A stretch of 62,981 nt of DNA, from positions 1-62,981 of the forward strand of contig JBGCFZ010000282.1 in the NCBI GenBank assembly GCA_045110355.1, given 5' to 3'. Positions within the stretch are counted from its first letter, which is position 1; every line of letters begins with the position of its first letter. The position numbers were made by a program, and so were the translations under genes. Source of the DNA: Lewinella sp. (GTDB lineage Bacteria; Bacteroidota; Bacteroidia; Chitinophagales; Saprospiraceae). Positions 39,403 to 47,840 of the stretch are shown here, piece after piece. The notes below the pieces were generated by a model. It did no database searches, was not told where the DNA came from, and saw only the letters and a program-made list of their open reading frames with translations.

Positions 39403-42339
39403 ATGAGTAAACGACTAATTAAAGTAGCGAACGAACTTAATGTGGCCACCTCGACAATCGTCGAGCACCTGTCCAGTAAAGGCTTTGACGTGGAGAACAA
39501 GCCCACGGCCAAGTTGACGCCGGATATGGAGAACGTGGTGCGTGAGGCGTTCGCAAAAGCACTGCAGGACAAGAAGAAGGCAGACTCTATGGAGTTTAAT
39601 ACTCGTCCTACGGCTACTCCTTTACCTCCGCCCCCGCCGCCAACTCCCGGCCGGACACTTCCTCCACCTCCACCCCCGCCAGCAGCTGCCCGGCCTACGC
39701 CGCCGCCACCCCCCGTGCCGGCTACACCTGCACCCGTGCAGCAAACGGCACCCCCGGAGCCCGTGGAAAAGGAAACACCTGCTCCTGAAGCAAAAGCACC
39801 GACTGCCCCCGAACCACCCAAAGCCGAGGTGCCTGCTACTCCGGAAGCTCCCGTGGCTCCTCCGGCGGCTCCAACGCCTGCGGCACCAGCAGCGCCTGCT
39901 AAGCCCGAAATTCCGGTTAGTGAAGGACGTAAAGCTCCTGGGCTGAAAGTATTGGGTACGATCGATCTCGACGCAGCAAAACGGGCCGGGAAACCATCCA
40001 AGAAAAAACCAGCGGCGAAAGCCCCTGCAAAACCAGCTGCCAAGCCAGCACCAGCTCCGAAAGCTGCTCCTGCGGCGGCTAAGGCTCCTGCTGATCCTCC
40101 ACCTGCAGAGAAGCCCGCCAGCGCTACACCTCCGCCTGCTGCTCCGGCCACGCCCGAAAAGCCAAATGTGATCCGTGCCGGTACCGGTACTCCCGAACTT
40201 CGTGGCCTTAAGGTCATGGGGAAGATCGACATTAAAAAGCCGGAGAAAAAGCCTACTCAAGAAGAGCAACGCCGTAAGCGCAAGCGTAAAAAGATTACCA
40301 CCACTCCAGGTGCGACCGGAAATTCTGGTGGTGGCCCACGTGGTCGTTCCGGCTCCGGAGGTGGATCAAATCGTGGTCGTACGGGTGGGAATAACCGCAA
40401 CAACGAGCCACGGGAAGTTTCCGCTAAGGAAATCGAAGATAAGATCAAAGCAACCATGGCCCGCCTGCAGGGCGGCGGTGGCAAAAAGAAACGTCAGCGT
40501 CAGCGGCGCGATAACCGCGAACGTATCCGTGAACGTCAGGAAGCCATCGAGGCCGAACGCACCACGGATAAGCTGCAGGTAACGGAGTTCATCACTGCCC
40601 AGGAACTGGCCAATATGATGGACGTAGGTGTTGGAGATGTAATCATGGCCTGTATGAATGCCGGCGTGATCGTTTCCATCAACCAACGTTTGGACGCAGA
40701 GATCATTGAACTGGTAGCAGAAGAATTCGAACACGAAGTTGAATTCATCTCCGCCGAAGAAGATGTTGAAGAGGAAGACGAGTGGGTAGATGATCCGGAA
40801 GACCTCCTGGAACGTCCGCCAATCGTTACCGTAATGGGTCACGTTGACCACGGTAAGACTTCCCTCCTCGATCACATCCGTAAGGCTAGTGTCACCGAAG
40901 GCGAAGCTGGTGGTATCACTCAGCACATCGGTGCCTACGAAGTAAAGAATAAGGACGGTAAGAAAATTACTTTCCTTGATACGCCGGGTCACGAAGCCTT
41001 TACGGCCATGCGTGCCCGTGGTGCAAAGGTGACGGATATTGCCGTGATTATCATCGCGGCTGATGATGACATCATGCCACAGACAAAGGAAGCCATCAGC
41101 CACGCTGAGGCTGCCAACGTACCAATGATCTTCGCCATCAACAAGATCGATAAAGCGGGAGCGAACCCCGACAAGATCAAAGGCGAACTGGCCACGATGG
41201 GTTACCCAATCGAAGAATACGGTGGTAAGTACCAGAGTCAGGACATCTCCGCACTTAAAGGTATCGGCATTGATGACCTGATGGAAAAGATCATGCTTGA
41301 AGCCGAAATTCTCGAACTGAAAGCGAACCCCGACCGTCCGGCCATTGCTACCATTGTGGAAGCCTCATTGGAGCACGGCCGCGGCTACGTTACTAAGATC
41401 ATCGTCAACCATGGTACACTCCGCATTCAGGACATCATCGTAGCCGGTGAGCACAGCGGTCGTGTGAAGGCCATGTTCAACGAACGGAACAAGCGGGTGA
41501 AAGAAGTCAGGCCAGGTAGCCCAACGCTCCTGCTCGGTCTCAATGGCGCTCCGCAAGCCGGTGAAATGTTGAAGGTGATGGAAAATGAGCAGGAAAGCCG
41601 CCAGTTGGCGAGCCGTCGTGCCCAAATTTCCCGCGAACAGGCCAACCGTGCCAGTAAGCGAATCTCTCTCGACGAAATTGGACGTCGTTTGGCACTTGGT
41701 AACTTTAAGGAGCTTAACCTCATCGTCAAAGGTGACGTAGATGGTTCTGTAGAAGCCCTGGCCGATTCCCTGATCAAACTCTCTCAGGAAACTGTTCAGG
41801 TAAACGTAATCCACAAGGCCGTTGGCCAGATCATCGATTCGGATATTCTGTTGGCTACGGCCTCGGAAGCAATCATCGTTGGTTTCCAGGTTCGTCCAAG
41901 TGGCTCGGCTCGTAAATTGGCCGAACGTGAAGGAGTCGAAATCAAGACTTACTCGGTTATCTACAAGGCAATCGAAGAAATTCGTGACGCCATTGAAGGC
42001 ATGCTCGAACCTACCAAGGAAGAGCGTACCGTTTGTCAGGTGGCCGTTCGGGAAACCTTCAAGATCTCCAAGATTGGTACCATCGCCGGCTGTTACGTCG
42101 ACGAAGGCAAGATTACCCGCAACACGCTTATCCGGATCATTCGAGATGGCATCGTTGTCTTCCCGCTTAAGGAAGGCGCAGTTGGTGAACTGGCCAGCCT
42201 CAAGCGCTTCAAGGACGACGTCAAAGAAGTCCGTGCCGGTATGGAATGTGGTCTTAACATTAAAGGCTTCAATGACATCAAAGAAGGCGATGTAATCGAA
42301 GGTTACGAGATTGTTGAGATCGCTCAGAAGATGAAGTAA
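39403..42339 (+). CDS. infB: Translation initiation factor IF-2
   Basis: [54 protein letters not shown]; ATG at 39403. Confidence 0.98.
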   Translation: MSKRLIKVANELNVATSTIVEHLSSKGFDVENKPTAKLTPDMENVVREAFAKALQDKKKADSMEFNTRPTATPLPPPPPPTPGRTLPPPPPPPAAARPTPPPPPVPATPAPVQQTAPPEPVEKETPAPEAKAPTAPEPPKAEVPATPEAPVAPPAAPTPAAPAAPAKPEIPVSEGRKAPGLKVLGTIDLDAAKRAGKPSKKKPAAKAPAKPAAKPAPAPKAAPAAAKAPADPPPAEKPASATPPPAAPATPEKPNVIRAGTGTPELRGLKVMGKIDIKKPEKKPTQEEQRRKRKRKKITTTPGATGNSGGGPRGRSGSGGGSNRGRTGGNNRNNEPREVSAKEIEDKIKATMARLQGGGGKKKRQRQRRDNRERIRERQEAIEAERTTDKLQVTEFITAQELANMMDVGVGDVIMACMNAGVIVSINQRLDAEIIELVAEEFEHEVEFISAEEDVEEEDEWVDDPEDLLERPPIVTVMGHVDHGKTSLLDHIRKASVTEGEAGGITQHIGAYEVKNKDGKKITFLDTPGHEAFTAMRARGAKVTDIAVIIIAADDDIMPQTKEAISHAEAANVPMIFAINKIDKAGANPDKIKGELATMGYPIEEYGGKYQSQDISALKGIGIDDLMEKIMLEAEILELKANPDRPAIATIVEASLEHGRGYVTKIIVNHGTLRIQDIIVAGEHSGRVKAMFNERNKRVKEVRPGSPTLLLGLNGAPQAGEMLKVMENEQESRQLASRRAQISREQANRASKRISLDEIGRRLALGNFKELNLIVKGDVDGSVEALADSLIKLSQETVQVNVIHKAVGQIIDSDILLATASEAIIVGFQVRPSGSARKLAEREGVEIKTYSVIYKAIEEIRDAIEGMLEPTKEERTVCQVAVRETFKISKIGTIAGCYVDEGKITRNTLIRIIRDGIVVFPLKEGAVGELASLKRFKDDVKEVRAGMECGLNIKGFNDIKEGDVIEGYEIVEIAQKMK

Positions 42340-42366
42340 ACTTCATTTTCGCTACAGAAAATTGAT

Positions 42367-42400
42367 AAGCCCCATCCGAAGTATTTTGGATGGGGCTTTT
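42367..42400 (+). terminator. Intrinsic terminator after infB
   Basis: aagccccatccgaa-gtat-tttggatggggctttt. Confidence 0.88.
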
Positions 42401-42411
42401 ACATTTTTTTT

Positions 42412-42714
42412 GGCGAGGCCGCAGGTGCAAGGGAAGTTAGCGGGCAGGGTTGAAACGAAAACGAGGGGGGCTTCTTGATCCTGCGGATCATCGTTTTATC
42501 CCTGGACAAGAGACGGCCCTACGGGCTTGCTACGCTACCCTTCCCGGGGTTGACGCATACTCTTTAAGCATCGCTCCGACGGCTACCCGCCAGTCGACTT
42601 TGTGAGGCCCGTCGAGCCAGTTGTTGAATGTCTGTCAATACGTCGTACGATTAGGCGTTAGCCCAGCTACCTCCCCCTTGCTTTTAACCACTCCTTGCAC
42701 CTGCGGCCCCGCCC
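42412..42714. mobile_element. About 300-bp structured element bounded by inverted family-1 repeats (MITE/REPIN-like)
   Basis: ggcgaggccgcaggtgcaa ... ttgcacctgcggccccgccc with nested internal hairpins; no ORF. Mobility is inferred. Confidence 0.6.
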
Positions 42715-42762
42715 AGAAAATGGTCCTATGGTGCCTGATGTCGTCAAATTGTCCGACCTTAA

Positions 42763-42796
42763 CGAGCGAAGTGAGCAGCCTTGTGCGGTAGCTCTA
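42763..42796 (+). repeat. Family-2 repeat right arm
   Basis: cgagcgaagtgagcagccttgtgcggtagctcta aligns with 47278, 47527 and 62120. Confidence 0.8.
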
Positions 42797-42842
42797 TTAA
42801 TCAATCAAGGCCGAAGGCCGACCATCAATCTATCCTCTAAAC

Positions 42843-43523
42843 ATGTGCGGCCGTTACTCCATCGTCATCACTGAAGAACAACTCCGAAAACAATTCTCTT
42901 CGCAGCTCCAGTTGCCGATGAGCGGTCTGGCAAAGAACTATAACGTCGCCCCAACTCAATCGGGCCTGGTAATTACCGACCGGAACCCCGATCAGCTCGA
43001 CCTGTTCCGGTGGGGGCTGGTACCTTTCTGGGCAAAAGACCTGAAGATCGGCGCCCGGATGATCAACGCCCGCAGCGAAGGGATTGAAGCCAAGCCAAGC
43101 TTCCGCAAACCCATCCGTGAGCGTCGTTGCCTGGTCATCGCCGATAGCTTTTACGAATGGCAGCGTCATGATGGTGGAAAAACGCCGTACCGCATTTCAC
43201 CAGCCGATGGCAGCCTTCTCGTAATGGCAGGTATCTGGGAACAATGGCGACCAAAGGGTGGTGACCAGGACCCGGTATTCACCTATTCCATCATAACCGG
43301 TGCTCCGAATGCTGAAATGACGCCCATCCACGACCGGATGCCCATGCTGCTAACCAATGAAACGACCCAAAGCCATTGGCTGGACCGGAGCCTTCCCTTA
43401 CCAGATGTACTGGATCTGTTGCATACTCCGCCAGACGGTACGCTGGAATATTATCCCGTTGGGGCAATGGTCGGGAACGTGCGAAATAATGGCCCCGAGC
43501 TACACGAACGGTTGAGGGAATGA
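42843..43523 (+). CDS. SOS response-associated peptidase (SRAP/YedK/HMCES family)
   Basis: MCGRY N-terminus, YNVAPTQ, WGLVP.W, INARSE, FYEW, IHDRMP. Confidence 0.95.
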   Translation: MCGRYSIVITEEQLRKQFSSQLQLPMSGLAKNYNVAPTQSGLVITDRNPDQLDLFRWGLVPFWAKDLKIGARMINARSEGIEAKPSFRKPIRERRCLVIADSFYEWQRHDGGKTPYRISPADGSLLVMAGIWEQWRPKGGDQDPVFTYSIITGAPNAEMTPIHDRMPMLLTNETTQSHWLDRSLPLPDVLDLLHTPPDGTLEYYPVGAMVGNVRNNGPELHERLRE

Positions 43524-43610
43524 GAAAATTAATTAATGAAGGAAGGAGCGAGTTGAAATTTCACCGTATTATCCAGCTCTCCCCTCATTCACCCATCCTC
43601 TTATTCATCA

Positions 43611-44165
43611 ATGCTTAATTTTCGCATCCTTCCTGTCACTGCCGCTGAACACGAAACCATTCAACAGATTGCCCACGCTACCTGGCCGGATACCTTTGGG
43701 GACATCCTCTCCGAAGCGCAGATTGAATACATGTTGGGGATGATGTATAGCCTGGAAGCCATGCAGGAGCAGGTGGTTTTAGGCCATGTTTTTCACCTGT
43801 TGGTAGAAGAACAAACCGGCCATAAAAACAGCGACTACCCGGTAGGAGCGTCGGCAACAGCCCGTCGTTACGAGCCCGTCGCCTACGTAAGCCATCAGCT
43901 TAATTACAAGCCCGGAACCACCAAGATTCACAAACTGTATGCACTACCCTCCGTGCAAGGTAAAGGCTACGGTAAGGCCATGATCCATAAAGTTGAGGCC
44001 ATTGCCCGAGCTGCTGGACAGCAGACCCTCCGACTGGACGTAAACTACGAGAATAAGGCAGTGGGTTTCTACGAATACCTGGGCTTTGAGAAAGTTGGAC
44101 GGTATGACACCGACATCGGACATGGCTATTTGATGGAAGACTGGATAATGGAGAAGGCGTTGTAA
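43611..44165 (+). CDS. GNAT family acetyltransferase
   Basis: QIEYML...YS, KIHKLYALP..QGKGYG, A..FYE.LGF. Confidence 0.9.
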   Translation: MLNFRILPVTAAEHETIQQIAHATWPDTFGDILSEAQIEYMLGMMYSLEAMQEQVVLGHVFHLLVEEQTGHKNSDYPVGASATARRYEPVAYVSHQLNYKPGTTKIHKLYALPSVQGKGYGKAMIHKVEAIARAAGQQTLRLDVNYENKAVGFYEYLGFEKVGRYDTDIGHGYLMEDWIMEKAL

Positions 44166-44205
44166 TTTTGTTCTCCGTTTTTTTTTGCCGGAAAATCCAT
44201 GAAAT

Positions 44206-44658
44206 ATGCGCGCACTAATTCAAAGAGTCTCTTCCGCTTCCGTAACCATTTCCGGAAAAGTATCGGGTGAAATCGGCCCGGGGCTCCTGGTCTTGCTGGG
44301 GATCGAGGACGCCGATTCCCAGGAGGATATCGACTGGCTCTGTGGGAAGATCAGCCGACTACGGATATTCGGCGACGACGAAGGCTTGATGAACCGGAGT
44401 GTGATGGATGTCGACGGCGGCCTATTGGTCGTCTCTCAGTTCACCCTATACGGGAGTACGAAAAAGGGCAATCGACCTAGTTTTATTCGAAGTGCCAAGC
44501 CTCCGGTAGCTATTCCGCTCTACGAATCGTTTGTGAAAACGCTATCCTTTACTGCGTTGCGACCGATAGCCACGGGGGAATTCGGAGCAGATATGCAAGT
44601 AGCTTTGGTAAACGATGGACCAGTGACGATTTGGATCGATTCGAAAAACCGGGAATAG
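44206..44658 (+). CDS. dtd: D-aminoacyl-tRNA deacylase
   Basis: MRALIQRV, VSQFTL, GNRPSF, GEFGADM.V...NDGPVT. Confidence 0.97.
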   Translation: MRALIQRVSSASVTISGKVSGEIGPGLLVLLGIEDADSQEDIDWLCGKISRLRIFGDDEGLMNRSVMDVDGGLLVVSQFTLYGSTKKGNRPSFIRSAKPPVAIPLYESFVKTLSFTALRPIATGEFGADMQVALVNDGPVTIWIDSKNRE

Positions 44659-44671
44659 GGCAGGACTTAAA

Positions 44672-45493
44672 TTAAGAGACTTCTTGCCAGTCTCCCTGGC
44701 CGCTAACCGGCAGATCGGCCTCCTGGTCAATATAGGGATAACTGATGCCGGTAAGGAACAAACCTTCGGGATGGGCCAACTGAAAGTGTGGTTGCCGTAG
44801 GCCGGTTTCCAGCATTTCGGTGAAGGCTTGCCGGGAGAGGTGGCCATTACCCACCAACATCAGGTCGTTAACCAACAACCGAATCATGCCCCGCAGAAAT
44901 CGGTTGGCGACGAAGCGTAAGCGATACCTGCTGCCGGTAGCATGGCGATAAAGCGTCGCCTGGCGGAATTTTACGATGGTTGTATTGTGGCGGTCCGGGG
45001 TTTTGCAAAAGGCCCGGAAGTTCTGGTGTTCGTACAGTAAGGGTAGGGTAACTGCTACTGCTTTGGCATCAAAGGTCTGGAAATCGTACTGTCCGCTGAA
45101 GCGACCAAGGAAGGCATCTGGCTTGGCGTGGAGGAAGTAATCATAGGTGCGTTCAGTCGCATCGTACCGGGCCTGAGCATTGGGTGGAACGGGGATGGCG
45201 GCGTGCAGGGTGATGTCGTTCGGTAAGCGCTTGTTGACGATGAAAACGTACTTTTCCTGCAGCGGTCGGACCGCTCGCAGGTAGGCGTAGTACTGCGAGG
45301 CGTGCACGCCAGCATCCGTCCGGCCACAGCCACCGAGGATGATCTCGCGGCCATGGACTTCGCTCAGGCACTCCTCCAGGGTTTGCTGGACGGAGCGGAC
45401 GTTTCCGGGCTGGCGCTGCCAGCCGCGATAGGCCGTGCCGTCGTAGGCGAGGTGGAGGAAATAATGATGGTAATTGGGCGGGGAATCAGTCAC
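44672..45493 (-). CDS. truA: tRNA pseudouridine(38-40) synthase TruA family
   Basis: AYDGT.YRGWQRQ, GCGRTDAGVHA, ARYDA..RTY, ANRFLRGMIR, GLFL...Y. Confidence 0.9.
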   Translation of the reverse strand: MTDSPPNYHHYFLHLAYDGTAYRGWQRQPGNVRSVQQTLEECLSEVHGREIILGGCGRTDAGVHASQYYAYLRAVRPLQEKYVFIVNKRLPNDITLHAAIPVPPNAQARYDATERTYDYFLHAKPDAFLGRFSGQYDFQTFDAKAVAVTLPLLYEHQNFRAFCKTPDRHNTTIVKFRQATLYRHATGSRYRLRFVANRFLRGMIRLLVNDLMLVGNGHLSRQAFTEMLETGLRQPHFQLAHPEGLFLTGISYPYIDQEADLPVSGQGDWQEVS

Positions 45494-45529
45494 GGTGCAA
45501 AGGTGGTGAACATTACTGGGAACTGACCG

Positions 45530-46054
45530 CTAGAACCAGTCCATATCCGGAAAGTCGGCCAATGCTTCTTCCGTAGTAGGCATACCCTGGAATAAAACGG
45601 TACCGTTCTCCACAAGAATGATGCGTAGGTCAATGGACTGCTTGCCATTGAATTTTTTTACCAGCCAGTCATTCAATCGGTTGGCAGATTCGGGGACAAA
45701 GCCAAGTTCAATGGTCGCCTCCCAATGACGGGAGGGTAATGCGGCAAGCGGATCGGTGTATTTCGTTGATTCAAGGTAAGCCCCCTCAGTAAGTGGGTCG
45801 AGTGTAAGTTCTCCGTCTTCGTCATGGTAGAGGCGGAAATCCCCGGCACCATAATCCCCTTCTTCTTGCAGGGAGGCTTCATCAAAAACGTCGAAGTCAA
45901 CCAACAGCTCAGTAAATTCGGAGAAGCTAAAAGCATCTAGTGTTTTGCCTTCAGGAGCAGGCATAATTTCGGTGGTCTCCTGGTCGATGTCCGTCGTGCA
46001 TGCGAAAAATCCGCAGGCCATCAGGAGGAGGAATAGCAGGTAGAGTGGTTTCAT
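45530..46054 (-). CDS. Hypothetical acidic lipoprotein
   Basis: MKPLYLLFLLLMACGFFAC lipoprotein signal; the ORF-track extension upstream runs through a repeat and is likely spurious. Confidence 0.65.
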   Translation of the reverse strand: MKPLYLLFLLLMACGFFACTTDIDQETTEIMPAPEGKTLDAFSFSEFTELLVDFDVFDEASLQEEGDYGAGDFRLYHDEDGELTLDPLTEGAYLESTKYTDPLAALPSRHWEATIELGFVPESANRLNDWLVKKFNGKQSIDLRIILVENGTVLFQGMPTTEEALADFPDMDWF

Positions 46055-46157
46055 GAATGAGTGGTTTTTAGGGGTAAGACGTGAGGAAGATATCCGTTGG
46101 TTTGGATGCCTAGGACTCGATGAGTTGGGATGGAATATCGACGAATGTTCGTTTTTT

Positions 46158-46176
46158 GGGCGCGGCCGCAGGTGCA
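46158..46176 (+). repeat. Family-1 repeat
   Basis: gggcgcggccgcaggtgca. Confidence 0.9.
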
Positions 46177-46263
46177 GGAGGGTGTAATGGAGCATTGTGT
46201 TAAACAAGCATTTAACAACCAAATCGCGATACGGCGACTTCTCTTTTGGAACTAAAATACGAA

Positions 46264-46750
46264 ATGAAAATAATATCATGGAATTGCCAGGGGGCTTTTA
46301 GGAAAAAAAACGACCTGGTGTTGCGACTTAACCCGGATTTAGTAATTGTCACTGAATGTGAAAATCCTCAAAGGCTTAAATTTGGTGAATTAACGCCGAC
46401 ACCGCTTAGCTACTACTGGTATGGAAGCAACCAAAACAAGGGGATTGCGATTCTGTCCTATTCTGACTATAAAGTAGAGGTTCTGGACGCGTTCAATCCG
46501 GCTTTCAGGTACGTAATTCCAATACGCTGCGAAAGTAAAATCAACAGCTTTTTACTTTTTGCTATATGGGCAATGGAGGATAAAGACAACAGGCGTAGAA
46601 GTTATGTTGGACAAATCTGGGAGGCTATAAATCATTACGCCCACTTACTTAACGGTGATACAGTCCTTGTTGGGGACTTCAACAGTAATTCAATATGGGA
46701 CCTCAAGTCCCGGGTCGGAAATCATTCCGATGTAGTTCACACCGCACTTG
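46264..46750 (+). pseudogene. 3'-truncated EEP (exonuclease/endonuclease/phosphatase) family gene
   Basis: MKIISWNC, PDLVIVTEC and VGDFN present; the frame then reads through antisense tRNA-Asn (VGLEPTTRTLTGCRSTIEL) and lacks the IDY and C-terminal SDH motifs. Confidence 0.78.
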
Positions 46751-46756
46751 CTCTTG

Positions 46757-46828
46757 AGGTTTCCGTGGGGCTCGAACCCACAACCCGCACCTTAACAGGG
46801 TGCCGCTCTACCATTGAGCTAGGAAACC
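46757..46828 (-). tRNA. tRNA-Asn (GUU), atypical G1-C72 and U73
   Basis: GGTTTCC TA GCTC AATGGTA GAGC G GCACC CTGTTAA GGTGC GGGTT GTGGG TTCGAGC CCCAC GGAAACC T. Confidence 0.9.
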
Positions 46829-46941
46829 AAATAAAAGAGCTGGGGATCAATGAGCACTACGGCTCTATCAGTCCCTCGCCCCCTTGACCCAAGGCATACC
46901 AACGGTTTAACGCAAGGCCATTGGGTCAATATTATATTTTG

Positions 46942-47013
46942 CGGTAATGACGGGATTCGAACCCGCAACTTGTGGATAGACAATCCACTGCTCTACCGTT
47001 GAACTACATCACC
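46942..47013 (-). tRNA. tRNA-Asp (GUC), atypical loop UUGUCUA
   Basis: GGTGATG TA GTTC AACGGTA GAGC A GTGGA TTGTCTA TCCAC AAGTT GCGGG TTCGAAT CCCGT CATTACC G. Confidence 0.9.
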
Positions 47014-47044
47014 TTGCGGCAGCCCGCTGGGCTGCCTTTTCATA

Positions 47045-47113
47045 GGTTGCAGGTTTCAGGTTGCACTGGGGCAAACTTGTAACTTGTACTTTGCAACCTG
47101 CAACCTGCAACCT
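47045..47113. repeat. Inverted heptamer array (AGGTTGC versus GCAACCT) in a tRNA spacer
   Basis: aggttgcaggtttcaggttgca ... tgcaacctgcaacctgcaacct; the same unit occurs near 28313-28337. Confidence 0.8.
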
Positions 47114-47188
47114 GGTTGGTGCGGTGGGGCTCGAACCCACGACTCGCGGTGTAAAAGACCGCTGCTCTGCCAACTGAGCTACGCACCA
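47113..47188 (-). tRNA. tRNA-Lys (UUU), CCA encoded, loop CUUUUAC
   Basis: TGGTGCG TA GCTC AGTTGGCA GAGC A GCGGT CTTTTAC ACCGC GAGTC GTGGG TTCGAGC CCCAC CGCACCA A CCA. Confidence 0.92.
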
Positions 47189-47190
47189 AT

Positions 47191-47335
47191 GATAGATTTA
47201 TAGTAGATAGATTGATAGCGCTGCCACGAGTATTAGCTCACGCCGTTTGTATCACGACGTTCTATCAGCTTCGAAGTCGAGCGGTGCGAGCTGCCCTATG
47301 CAGTAGCGCTATTAATCTACCAACTATCAATCTGT
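47191..47335. repeat. Family-2 long hairpin element between tRNA-Lys and tRNA-Ile
   Basis: tagattgatagcgctgc / gtagcgctattaatcta and agctcacgccgtttg / cgagcggtgcgagct arms. Confidence 0.8.
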
Positions 47336-47342
47336 TTTATCG

Positions 47343-47416
47343 TCCCGATGGGTGGACTTGAACCACCAACCTTCCGCTTATCAGACGGGTGCGCTGACCA
47401 ATTGCGCCACATCGGA
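47343..47416 (-). tRNA. tRNA-Ile (GAU), U1-G72 wobble
   Basis: TCCGATG TG GCGC AATTGGTCA GCGC A CCCGT CTGATAA GCGGA AGGTT GGTGG TTCAAGT CCACC CATCGGG A. Confidence 0.88.
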
Positions 47417-47420
47417 ATTA

Positions 47421-47572
47421 GATGGATAGATTGATAGGCGGCCTTCGGCCTTTATAGATTTATAGTGCTGTCACGGGCAGTAACTCACTGTGTATCTATC
47501 ACCGTCCTACTCGGCGACTAAGTAGCCGAGCGGAGTGAGTGACCAATTGCGGTAGCGCTATCAATCTATCAC
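47421..47572. repeat. Family-2 long hairpin element between tRNA-Ile and tRNA-CAU
   Basis: tagatttatagtgctgtc / ggtagcgctatcaatcta and actcact / agtgagt arms. Confidence 0.78.
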
Positions 47573-47585
47573 ATCTGTAAAACTG

Positions 47586-47658
47586 TCCCGACGAATAGGA
47601 TCGAACTATTACCAGCAGCTTATGAGACTACTATGCTAACCAATTACAATACGTCGGA
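47586..47658 (-). tRNA. tRNA with CAU anticodon (elongator Met or Ile2), divergent
   Basis: TCCGACG TA TTGT AATTGGTTA GCAT A GTAGT CTCATAA GCTGC TGGT AATAG TTCGATC CTATT CGTCGGG A; lacks the three G-C pairs of initiator tRNA. Confidence 0.8.
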
Positions 47659-47774
47659 GGGTATGCTAGTCGGCCATTAATGGGCGCTAACAAGGAGCAG
47701 TTCTCATACTGCTAAAGGAGGAACGAGGGGGGAGGATTTATCCGGGGCATAATTATTAAGCCCGTTTCGGAGGC

Positions 47775-47840
47775 TTAGCAATTAATACCCCGGCGAATAT
47801 CTCGCCGGTCGAACCGTTTATTTTTGTTGATCAAAATCAT
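47775..47840 (-). CDS. Putative leader peptide MILINKNKRFDRRDIRRGINC of the tRNA array
   Basis: ATG..TAA 66-nt ORF with A at -3, -12 and -13; lies between a promoter-like box and the first tRNA; stop codon is inside a long hairpin. Confidence 0.5.
   Translation of the reverse strand: MILINKNKRFDRRDIRRGINC

Noticed and set aside
43805-43875. Apparent insertion of about 18 aa in the GNAT protein as repeat-derived
   Set aside because: No similarity to either repeat family; cannot be supported without alignments
46055-46279. N-terminal extension of the 249-aa minus ORF
   Set aside because: Runs through a family-1 repeat; the lipoprotein signal starts at 46054
46246-46887. 213-aa ORF as an intact nuclease
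   Set aside because: The C-terminal part is translated antisense tRNA-Asn and the catalytic SDH is absent
47586-47658. CAU tRNA as initiator tRNA-fMet
   Set aside because: Lacks the three consecutive G-C pairs in the anticodon stem and the C1-A72 mismatch
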